A stretch of 45,008 nucleotides of DNA. Origin: an uncultured Nitrospiraceae bacterium. Its GTDB lineage: Bacteria > Nitrospirota > UBA9217. Within the stretch, counting starts at the first letter, position 1; each line of letters begins with the position of its first letter. Of the stretch, positions 27,783-35,871 are shown in pieces. The notes beneath the pieces were generated by a model, which worked only from the letters and a program-made list of their open reading frames with translations, did no database searches and had not been told where the DNA came from. The translations under genes and the position numbers were made by a program. The stretch lies in assembly GCA_964364055.1 (NCBI GenBank), contig CAYILT010000003.1, positions 1 to 45,008 on the forward strand. Reading direction: 5' to 3'.

Positions 27783-28084
27783 TCACAGGATGATGACCTT
27801 GTCCGCCTCCTGGAGCATCGTCGCATTGTCATACTGGCTGCCGCGCACGATCGCTTCGGGATCGCATCGAAGGGAACGCCAAGCCCCTGTGCGCTGTGCT
27901 CACAGAAGCTCATGACGATCTTCTGGCGCGCCGACAGCTCCTTTATCGATGGCTGGCTCAACAGGCGCGTTCCCGCGTCCATGATGAAAATGCTCACCTC
28001 GTGCCCTTTGGAAAGTGCGGCATTGGTGATCCCGAGCACAGCATCGGGGTGGTCGTCCGTATTGACGAGTATTCCCAGTTTCAT
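27783..28084 (-). pseudogene. DsrE-family protein with a -1 frameshift
   Basis: MKLGILVNTD...SKGHEVSIFIMDAG...SFCEHSA. The natural end PEAIVRGSQYDNATMLQEADKVIIL* lies in another frame. Span 302 nt (3n-1). Confidence 0.8.
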
Positions 28085-28305
28085 GTCAGCCGGTCCCTCT
28101 GAACGTGATGTGGTATGATGCTTCCGAACGGTCGCTGCTGCCAGGAAATGACGCTGTTGCTTGAGAATATCAGCTCGACGATCTTGTCGTAGTTCTTGTC
28201 CTTTCTGATATCCACCACGGTGACCGCATGTTCCCGCTTCTGCATATCCAGAATGCATCTGATGGTTGCGTCAGGGTCCTTCTTCATGAGACAGCGAATG
28301 TTCAT
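28081..28305 (-). CDS. Small hypothetical protein (DsrH/TusB-like position), possible stop loss
   Basis: GGAG RBS; YDKIVELIFSSNSVISW followed by an unstructured tail that runs into the next start. Confidence 0.55.
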   Translation of the reverse strand: MNIRCLMKKDPDATIRCILDMQKREHAVTVVDIRKDKNYDKIVELIFSSNSVISWQQRPFGSIIPHHVQRDRLT

Positions 28306-28332
28306 GGCTTGCGCATCTCCTTTGCTTCGTTG

Positions 28333-28607
28333 TCAATAAGCCAGGATATGGTCATAGCCGGGAAGCCGATTCGCGAGCTCTTCCGTCGAACAGAACTCCA
28401 GGTCCGCGTTTTCCGGAAAATTAGTCCCTATCCGCATGTCGAGCTCTCGTAAGGTCTCGATGTTCAGGGTGTTTCCTTCGGTCGCATCCACCGTGCGGTC
28501 CAACACGTATACACGTCGATCACGTCGTCCTTGAGAGTGGCCCCTACGGCCATCCTCAGTGCCTCCTCCTGCCGGTCTCGAACCAATACCGCGATCTTTT
28601 TAACCAT
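28333..28607 (-). pseudogene. DsrE/F-like protein with a +2 frameshift (not in the ORF track)
   Basis: MVKKIAVLVRDRQEEALRMAVGATLKDDVIDV, then a frame change at GTGTATACGTG, then YVLDRTV...ELANRLPGYDHILAY*. Span 275 nt (3n+2). Confidence 0.75.
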
Positions 28608-28704
28608 GTTGTCCTCGCTGACTTCTTCCCCTCAGGTGTTTCCCCGAGCCTGTTCCCTCCGTGCCCGGCAGATCACATGCCGCGGTCCTCTTCCGGTGCA
28701 CCAG

Positions 28705-28739
28705 AAAAAAAAGGTCCGGCATCCCGGAGGATGCCGGAC
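28705..28739 (-). terminator. Rho-independent terminator after the second TusA gene
   Basis: 11-bp stem GTCCGGCATCC/GGATGCCGGAC, 4-nt loop, T8 tail on the minus strand. Confidence 0.8.
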
Positions 28740-28778
28740 GATCCCGGACAGGGAAGGGGGAGAGTGTCGTTATCAAAA

Positions 28779-29006
28779 TCATTTTTGAATTGTGAAATAG
28801 AGCGTTCCGCCCTGTTCAGTCGTTTCGAGAAGGGTATATCCCCGATGCGAGCAGAGCGCCGGGATACTTTCCTTGGCGCCCGCGTCGTTCGTGATGACTG
28901 AGAGGATCTGGCCATGGTCGAGCTTGGCCATGGTCGTCTCGATCACGATCGCCGGCCGGGGCTGCACCAAACCTTTAATATCAAGGGTCTTATCCGCATT
29001 TACCAT
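28779..29006 (-). CDS. TusA-family protein lacking the CPxP cysteine
   Basis: ADKTLDIKGLVQPRP...GQILSVITND...YFTIQK. Confidence 0.8.
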   Translation of the reverse strand: MVNADKTLDIKGLVQPRPAIVIETTMAKLDHGQILSVITNDAGAKESIPALCSHRGYTLLETTEQGGTLYFTIQK

Positions 29007-29075
29007 GACCAAACCCTGCCCGTGCGCGGTCAACCTGTTCTGCCGATCCACCAGTAGCCTTTCAGTAGTAACTAT

Positions 29076-29092
29076 AGCAAGGGCGGTGCCAA
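29076..29092 (-). promoter_or_regulatory. sigma54 (-24/-12) promoter
   Basis: Minus strand TTGGCACCGCCCTTGCT matches TGGCAC-N5-TTGCW. Confidence 0.88.
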
Positions 29093-29145
29093 AGCCATAA
29101 CCAGCCGATAAACTTGAATATCGCTTTTTTCACGGCTTGCGGACA

Positions 29146-29161
29146 TGTTCCAAACAGGACA
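29146..29161. promoter_or_regulatory. Candidate enhancer site TGT-N10-ACA
   Basis: TGTTCCAAACAGGACA, about 55 bp upstream of the -24 box. Confidence 0.6.
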
Positions 29162-29207
29162 TCAGCGTGGTGAGCGTTGTCCCGATTGCTCCAGCGGTCC
29201 TAAAATA

Positions 29208-29237
29208 TTGCATTCTTTGTACCTTCCTGTGTATAAT
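29208..29237 (+). promoter_or_regulatory. sigma70-like promoter of the sensor operon
   Basis: TTGCAT-N18-TATAAT, ending 5 nt before ATG 29243. Confidence 0.55.
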
Positions 29238-29242
29238 GACCC

Positions 29243-30895
29243 ATGCAACGGCTGCTCCTCCTCGTTCTGACCGCAGCATTCTTTTTCTGCTCCGCAGCAG
29301 CGGATGCTTCCCCGGAGAAAGCGAGGCTCTCTTCGCACCTGACGTCGGATGCCGCCACCCCTCTTGTATTCATCATATTGCCCGTCGAAAATACGCGCGT
29401 CGTATATGAGAAGTTCCTGCCACTCAAGGACTACCTTGAGAAAGCGATCTCCCGCACGATCATTCTCCGGATAGCCCGGGATTACCAGGAAGCAATCCAC
29501 GAAATCGGTACCGGCGAAGCCCAGCTTGCCTACCTCGATCCTTCAGCCTACTGCGAGGCGCGCTTTCTGCACCGGGTCGTCCCGCTGGTCAAAACGATAC
29601 GGAACGGATCTCCGACCTATCGCAGCGTGATCGTTGCGCGGAGCGATTCCGGGATCCGCAAGATCATTGAGGCCAAAGAAAAGCGGGTCGCCTTCGGCAA
29701 CAACAGCTCGTCCTCGTCCTATCTTATCCCTGCCGTCATGTTCAAGGAAGTCGGGATCAGCCTCTCGGCGTTCTCGGCCGTCGATTACCTCGAGCAGGAG
29801 GACCGGATCGCGCTCTCGGTCCTGGCAAAACGCCATGACATCGGCGGCATGAGCGAGCGCGTTGCGCGAAAGTACCTCGGTGACGGCCTGTCGATCATCA
29901 ATGTATCCGAACCGATCCCCCAGTATACGCTCAGCGCCGCCGCGGGACTGCCGGCGGCCCTTCAGAAGAGCATCCGCAGGGCATTGTTGTCCGTCGGAAA
30001 GGACCGCTATCCGGCCCTGATCGCGGCCATGAAGGACATTGACGGTTTCGCGCCGGTGGAAGACCGGGAGTTCGATGTCGTGCGGGTGATGATCAAGAAC
30101 CTCACGGGGAAGAACTACCTTTCCTATCCGAAGAACGTGATCAAGGTCGCCATTCTTCCGCTCTACTCGGCGATCACGCTCTTTGAACGGTTCGATCCGC
30201 TCATGCGGTATCTCACCGGGAAGACGGGCCGGGAGTTCAGGCTCGTGATCCCCAGGGACTTCGAGGCTTTTTTCGAGACCGTCGCGCGCGGCGAGGCGGA
30301 TTTTTCCTATTCCAATCCCTACATCTATATTCAGCTCGCCGACAAGGGCTATCTGACGGCCTTCGCCAATACGGTCATAGAGGCCTCCGGCGATATTTTC
30401 CGCGGCATCATCATCACGCACCGGGACAGCGCGATCAGGACCATCGAGGACCTCAAAGGCAAGCGCGTCATGGTCGTCTCGTATAAGTCGGCGGGCGGAT
30501 TTCTGGCGCAGAAATTGCTTTTGAACGAAAACCTGATCGATGTGTTCAAAGACCTCAAGCTTTCCGAGGGAAAGCGGCAGGAAGAGGTCATCCTGAACGT
30601 GTACCGCAAAAAGGTGGATGCCGGGTTCGTCCGGGAATCGGCGTTGGAGGTCCTGAAGGAGGAGATCGACCTGAGTGAGATCAGGACCATTGCCGCGACA
30701 CCCTATATCGCGAACTGGCCGTTCGCGGCGGGCAAGAGGACCAACGGGAAAATGGCCGAGCTGGTCAAGCAATATCTTCTGGACCTCACCGACCGTCGGG
30801 TCCTGACCGCGGCCGGGATCAAGGGATTCAAGGCCGCCGGCGACGGGGATTTTGACGCTCTGCGGAAACGGATACGGCAACATGAAAACCACTAG
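29243..30895 (+). CDS. Periplasmic binding protein with two PhnD-like (phosphonate-bd) domains
   Basis: Signal peptide and two homologous halves (FLPLKDYLEK...YRSVIVAR...SSSSYLIP and FDPLMRYLTG...FRGIIITH...SAGGFLAQ). Confidence 0.85.
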   Translation: MQRLLLLVLTAAFFFCSAAADASPEKARLSSHLTSDAATPLVFIILPVENTRVVYEKFLPLKDYLEKAISRTIILRIARDYQEAIHEIGTGEAQLAYLDPSAYCEARFLHRVVPLVKTIRNGSPTYRSVIVARSDSGIRKIIEAKEKRVAFGNNSSSSSYLIPAVMFKEVGISLSAFSAVDYLEQEDRIALSVLAKRHDIGGMSERVARKYLGDGLSIINVSEPIPQYTLSAAAGLPAALQKSIRRALLSVGKDRYPALIAAMKDIDGFAPVEDREFDVVRVMIKNLTGKNYLSYPKNVIKVAILPLYSAITLFERFDPLMRYLTGKTGREFRLVIPRDFEAFFETVARGEADFSYSNPYIYIQLADKGYLTAFANTVIEASGDIFRGIIITHRDSAIRTIEDLKGKRVMVVSYKSAGGFLAQKLLLNENLIDVFKDLKLSEGKRQEEVILNVYRKKVDAGFVRESALEVLKEEIDLSEIRTIAATPYIANWPFAAGKRTNGKMAELVKQYLLDLTDRRVLTAAGIKGFKAAGDGDFDALRKRIRQHENH

Positions 30896-32504
30896 GCTTA
30901 CGCTCGGGCTTAAGTTCTCGATGGCCGTGACGGCGCTTATCGGGTTCACCATGTTCGGCGTGGCGTCGCTGATCATCAACTTCCAGAAAGAGTCGCTGCG
31001 GCAGAACACAGCGGAGAGCAATCTCGACATGACGAGGAACCTCGCTCATGACGCGGCCGGCGCGCTGCTGGTGTTCGACCCGCTTCGGCTCGATGAGCTG
31101 GTAAACACGGTCCCCGGCGTTGCAGCCACGGCCTACGCCCTGATCGCCGACAGCGGCGGTGTGATCGCGGCGCATACGAAACGGTCCTCCCTCGGCTCAC
31201 TTCTGGGACCGCTGAATTATCCGGGACTCGCCGATGCTCTGGTGGATGGCAGGGAGCTGGCGAGAGAGTACCAGCACGAGAACATGCCGGTCAAAGAGTT
31301 CTCCGTTCCCATCAAGATCGGCAGCAAGGTGCTCGGACTTGCGACGATCGGCTATTCGTTGAACGCAATTGATGCCGCGATCGAAACCCGGATCAAGAAT
31401 CTCAGGGCGTACATCTATTTGATCACCGGGATCATGCTCCTCGGCGGCATTGCCGGCGCTTTCCTGGTCTCCAATTTCCTTACGAAACCTCTCCGGAGGC
31501 TGAAGGACAGGATGATCGATGTCCAGACCGGCAACCTCAACGTCGAGGTTGAAAATCCCCGCATCGTAAAGTGCTGGGAGCGGCTGGGTTGCGACAAGAA
31601 GGAATGCCCCTCATACGGAAAGGTGCGGTGCTGGGCGACCGCCGGGACCTTCTGCCATGGAGCGGTCCAGGGCGCCTTTGCGCAGAAGATCGGGGACTGC
31701 CGGAACTGCGTTGTGTATAAGGAATCCTGCGGTGACGAGATCCAGGAGCTCGTGGAAGTGTTCAACCAGATGGTGAAGGACCTTAAGCACAACCTGAAGG
31801 AACTGGAGAAGGTGAATACGGAAAAATCGAGGATGGAGCGGCTGTCCGCCCTGGGCGAGATGGCGACGACGGTCGCCCACGAGACAAGGAACCCGCTCAA
31901 CTCCATCCGCCTGGCGGCGTCCTACCTGAAAAAGAACTTCCAGGGCGAGATCCTGAGCGAGTTCCTCTCGATCATTGAAGAAGAGGTCATGCGGCTGAAC
32001 GAGATCACGTCCGACTTCCTCGGGTTCTCGAAGCCCGCTCCGCTCAGGATGAAAACGACCGATATCAACGCCATCGTGAAATCCACGGTGGAGCTTGTCC
32101 GGCAGGAGGCGACGGACAGGAACATCGAGGTCATCATCCTGACGGACGAGCACGTACCTCCGGTCCCGTGCGACTTTTCACGGATGAAACAGGCGATCCT
32201 GAACCTCTTGCTGAACGCCATCGATGCGTCGACCGCGGGCGACACCATTATCATCACCACCGAGGCCGCGGGCGCTTGGTTGAACCTGTCCGTCCAGGAT
32301 TCGGGGCGGGGGATCCCGCCGGAAGACCTTGAAAATATCTTCAAACCCTTCTATACTACCAAAACACGCGGATCGGGCCTCGGCCTCGCCATCGTCGACC
32401 GCATCGTGAAGGAACACAAGGGAGAGATCGCCGTGGAGAGCGCTGTGGGTAAAGGGACAAAACTTACCATAATGCTTCCGGCATACGAACATGCAGGAAT
32501 ATAA
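30882..32504 (+). CDS. Sensor histidine kinase with a Cys-rich (two-CW-like) insert in HAMP
   Basis: Two TM helices; H-box AHETRNPLNSI, N-box LLNAIDA, DSGRGI, FYTTK, GSGLGL. Confidence 0.93.
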   Translation: MKTTRLTLGLKFSMAVTALIGFTMFGVASLIINFQKESLRQNTAESNLDMTRNLAHDAAGALLVFDPLRLDELVNTVPGVAATAYALIADSGGVIAAHTKRSSLGSLLGPLNYPGLADALVDGRELAREYQHENMPVKEFSVPIKIGSKVLGLATIGYSLNAIDAAIETRIKNLRAYIYLITGIMLLGGIAGAFLVSNFLTKPLRRLKDRMIDVQTGNLNVEVENPRIVKCWERLGCDKKECPSYGKVRCWATAGTFCHGAVQGAFAQKIGDCRNCVVYKESCGDEIQELVEVFNQMVKDLKHNLKELEKVNTEKSRMERLSALGEMATTVAHETRNPLNSIRLAASYLKKNFQGEILSEFLSIIEEEVMRLNEITSDFLGFSKPAPLRMKTTDINAIVKSTVELVRQEATDRNIEVIILTDEHVPPVPCDFSRMKQAILNLLLNAIDASTAGDTIIITTEAAGAWLNLSVQDSGRGIPPEDLENIFKPFYTTKTRGSGLGLAIVDRIVKEHKGEIAVESAVGKGTKLTIMLPAYEHAGI

Positions 32505-33843
32505 TATTCTCGTCGTGGATGACGAAAAGAACATCCTGAAGATCGTTTCAGCCACTTTGAAAAAAGAAGGCTACGGGGTCGAGACCGCCCAGTCCTCGGA
32601 GGAGGCGATCGAAAAGTTCGGGCGGGGCGATTACCATCTCGTCATCACGGACCTGAAGCTGCCGGGCAAGACGGGGATCGAGCTGCTGGGATATATCAAA
32701 TCCAGGGATGCCGATGTCCCGGTCGTCGTCGTCACGGCGTTCGGCTCCATTGAAAACGCCGTCGAAGCGATGAAAAAGGGCGCCTTCAACTACCTGACCA
32801 AGCCCGTCAATGCCGACGAACTGCTCTCCGTCGTCAAAGAGGCCCTGGAAAAGTACGAGCTGAAGCGGGAGAACATCGCCCTCAAGTCGGAGCTGAAGGA
32901 GAAATACACCTTCAGCAACATCATCGGGAAGTGCGCTCTCATGCAGGAGGTCTTTCATACCATCAGCATGGTCGCCAGGACCCAGTCGAACATCCTTGTC
33001 GCCGGCGAGAGCGGCACGGGCAAGGAACTGGTCGCCCGGGCCGTTCACTACGGCTCCGATCGGGCAGGCGGACCGTTCGTCACCATCGACTGCGCGGCCA
33101 TTCCCGCGGAGATCATGGAGAGCGAGCTCTTCGGCCACGAGAAGGGCTCGTTCACCGGGGCCCATGAAAAGAAGCTGGGACTCCTGGAGCGCGCGAACGG
33201 CGGCACGGTCTTCCTCGACGAGATCGGCGAGCTCGACCTGAACCTCCAGAAGAAATTGCTCCGCTTCCTTCAGGAACGGGAGATCCTGCGGGTGGGCGGG
33301 AGCGGCAGGATCAAGCTCAACGTGCGCATTGTGGCCGCGACGAACAAGGACCTGGAGCAGGAGGTCGGGGCGAAGCAGTTCCGCGAGGACCTGTTCTACC
33401 GGCTGAACGTCGTGACGATCAAGATGCCTCCCCTGCGGGAGCGCAAGGACGACATCCCTCTCCTGGCCCAGCATTTTCTCGAGAAGATGAACCGGATCGA
33501 AGGAAAACACATCCAGGGAATCGATGATGCCGTGGTGAACGCGTTCCTCCGCTATGAGTGGCCGGGAAACGTGCGGGAACTGGAGAACACCATCGAGCGG
33601 GCGTATATTCTTTGCCCCACGGTCACGATCGGCCAGAAATACCTGCCGGCGAAGCTCGCGCTCCCGGCGCAGGACGAGCGGGGAGTGTTCGACCAGATGA
33701 ACCTGATCGAGACGGAAAAACGGCTGATCGTCAAGGCGCTGAACCAGACATCCTGGAACCAGAGCAAGGCCGCCGAGGTCCTGGGGATCACCCGGAAGCA
33801 GCTCAGGACGAAGATGAAGAACCTGGAACTGCTGCCCGAGTGA
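32491..33843 (+). CDS. sigma54-dependent response regulator (NtrC/Fis family)
   Basis: REC domain, GESGTGKE, ESELFGHEKGSFTGA, FLDEIGE, WPGNVREL, Fis-type HTH. Confidence 0.96.
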   Translation: MQEYNILVVDDEKNILKIVSATLKKEGYGVETAQSSEEAIEKFGRGDYHLVITDLKLPGKTGIELLGYIKSRDADVPVVVVTAFGSIENAVEAMKKGAFNYLTKPVNADELLSVVKEALEKYELKRENIALKSELKEKYTFSNIIGKCALMQEVFHTISMVARTQSNILVAGESGTGKELVARAVHYGSDRAGGPFVTIDCAAIPAEIMESELFGHEKGSFTGAHEKKLGLLERANGGTVFLDEIGELDLNLQKKLLRFLQEREILRVGGSGRIKLNVRIVAATNKDLEQEVGAKQFREDLFYRLNVVTIKMPPLRERKDDIPLLAQHFLEKMNRIEGKHIQGIDDAVVNAFLRYEWPGNVRELENTIERAYILCPTVTIGQKYLPAKLALPAQDERGVFDQMNLIETEKRLIVKALNQTSWNQSKAAEVLGITRKQLRTKMKNLELLPE

Positions 33844-34002
33844 ACCCCGTTAGAGAACATCGTTCTCTAACGATACAGGATTGTGGCTTTAAACCACAAT
33901 CTGAAAAATGATAGGTGCCGCCGACGGGAGCCGGCGGCTTTCTCTAGCGGGGTGAACGTATCAATCCCGTCCCTGCCGCACGGTTCACGGCGCGTCTGCC
34001 GC

Positions 34003-34140
34003 TTAATACAAACGCATAAAGTTTTGTTACGTTGTCTTTGCGAGCGACCGAAGGGAGCGTGGCAATCTCGTTGTAAAGTAAAAGATTGCTTCGTCGTTAC
34101 ACTCCTCGCAATGACACAATAGTAAGTGCGTTTGTAATAG
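34003..34140. mobile_element. MITE-like element with element-A ends and a different core
   Basis: TTAATACAAACGCATA...AGTGCGTTTGTAATAG ends. Core GTCTTTGCGAG...GCAATCT...AGATTGC...CTCGCAATGAC. Confidence 0.7.
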
Positions 34141-34253
34141 TCGGCGCCGCCGTCGCCAGCCGATTTCTGCCGGAGGAGGGCCACCGGCCGGTTCTCCCCT
34201 GTTCATCGCGGTTGCGCTCCGCTCCGGCAATATTCCTCCTGCAAGATTCCTCC

Positions 34254-34282
34254 TTGTCATGATGCATGATCTGTTATACAAT
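34254..34282 (+). promoter_or_regulatory. sigma70-like promoter of rng
   Basis: TTGTCA-N17-TACAAT. Confidence 0.6.
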
Positions 34283-34365
34283 GAACGTCATCGTAACGAA
34301 CGATCACTCCCCGCATCGGTGGATGCCGGGGTCTGTCATCTTTTTTTAAAGCAAAAGGAGTTCCC

Positions 34366-35871
34366 ATGGCATCAGAGATCATCGTGAACGCCGGCAGGGA
34401 GGAGACGAGGGTCGCCCTGCTCGAGAACGGTCTCGTGACGGAGATCTACATCGACCGGCGCAAGGACAGGGGCGTCGCGGGGAACATCTACAAAGGCCGC
34501 GTCATGAAGGTGCTTCCCGGCATGCAGGCCGCATTCGTGGACGTCGGTCTGGACAAGTCGGCCTTCCTCTACGTGGGGGACGTGTTCGACAGCGCCTCGG
34601 AGTACGCGCCCATGATGGAGGACGAGGGGCTTGAGCTTGAGGTGGAGACCAAACGGAAACGCTCCCATGCCACGCAGATCGAGGACCTCCTGCAGGAAGG
34701 CCAGGACATCGTGGTCCAGGTCTCCAAGGAGCCCATCAGCACCAAGGGGGCCCGCTGCACCACCTATGTCAGCATCCCGGGCCGGTACCTCGTCGTCATG
34801 CCCGGCGTGAATCACATCGGTGTCTCCCGCCGCATCGAACACGGCGAGGAACGGAAGCGGCTCCGCGAGATCGTCCAGTCGCTGCGGAAACCGAACATGG
34901 GCTATATCATCCGGACCGCGAGCGAGGGACGGAGCGAAGAAGAGCTCCGGTCGGACATCGAGTTCCTGGGTAAATTATGGGAAAATATCCAGCGGAAGCG
35001 CGAGAAGGTCGCGGCGCCGGCCCTCCTGCATAACGAGCTGGACCTGGTGTTCCGCGTCTTCCGAGACGCATTTACGTCGGATGTGGACCGCATGGTGATC
35101 GATTCCGCGGACGAGTACCAGCGCACCCGGGAGTACGTGGAGTCCTATACGGCGTCCCTTGCCCGGCGCGTAAAACATTACGACGGCGACGACCCCATCT
35201 TCGAGCACTACGGCGTCGAGATCGAGATATCCCGCGCACTCGGCCGGAAGGTATGGCTCAAGTCGGGTGGGTATGTCGTCATCGACCAGACCGAGGCCCT
35301 CACCACCATCGACGTGAACACCGGACGGTACGTGGGCAAGAGGTCCCTCGAGGACACCATCCTGAAGACGAACCTTGAGGCCGTCCGCGAGATCGGCTAC
35401 CAGCTCCGGCTCCGGAACATCGGCGGCATTATCATCCTGGACTTCATCGACATGGAGCGGGAGGACAACCGCCGGAAGGTCTACAATGCCCTGCAGGAGG
35501 CCCTGTCCCACGACCGGGCAAAGACCACCATCTCCCACATCTCCCCCCTGGGCCTCATCGAGATGACGCGGAAGCGTATCCGCGAGAGCCTGGGACGTAC
35601 ACTCTGCGACACCTGTCCCTACTGCGACGGCCGCGGCTACATCAAGTCATGCCGCACGGTGTGCTACGAGGTGTTCCGGGAGCTGCAGAAATCTTTCGCC
35701 GGTTCCGAGGAGAAAAAAGCCCTGGTCAGCGTGCACCCGGCGGTGGCGGACATGCTCTATGATGAGGAACGGACAGGCGTGGAAGAGATCGAAAAGGACT
35801 TCGGAAAGAAGATCGTGATCAAGGCGGACCCGAACATGCATCAGGAGCAGTTCGAGGTCGTTATGGTATAG
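34366..35871 (+). CDS. rng: Ribonuclease G (Rne/Rng family)
   Basis: GNIYKGRVMKVLPGMQAAFVD, TIDVNTG, LRNIGGIIILDFIDM, CPYCDGRG; 501 aa with no RNase E scaffold. Confidence 0.93.
   Translation: MASEIIVNAGREETRVALLENGLVTEIYIDRRKDRGVAGNIYKGRVMKVLPGMQAAFVDVGLDKSAFLYVGDVFDSASEYAPMMEDEGLELEVETKRKRSHATQIEDLLQEGQDIVVQVSKEPISTKGARCTTYVSIPGRYLVVMPGVNHIGVSRRIEHGEERKRLREIVQSLRKPNMGYIIRTASEGRSEEELRSDIEFLGKLWENIQRKREKVAAPALLHNELDLVFRVFRDAFTSDVDRMVIDSADEYQRTREYVESYTASLARRVKHYDGDDPIFEHYGVEIEISRALGRKVWLKSGGYVVIDQTEALTTIDVNTGRYVGKRSLEDTILKTNLEAVREIGYQLRLRNIGGIIILDFIDMEREDNRRKVYNALQEALSHDRAKTTISHISPLGLIEMTRKRIRESLGRTLCDTCPYCDGRGYIKSCRTVCYEVFRELQKSFAGSEEKKALVSVHPAVADMLYDEERTGVEEIEKDFGKKIVIKADPNMHQEQFEVVMV

Noticed and set aside
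15704-28607. Selenocysteine read-through or programmed frameshifting in the DsrE, TusA and YeeE genes
   Set aside because: The breaks are 1-2 nt indels at unrelated sequences, not in-frame TGA at Cys positions, and no common slippery site was seen.
29243-30895. Phosphonate ABC transporter (phnD) operon
   Set aside because: No phnC or phnE is present; the gene is coupled to a histidine kinase.
34309-34347. Riboswitch or attenuator in the rng leader
   Set aside because: Only an imperfect GC hairpin with a displaced T run; no recognisable aptamer.
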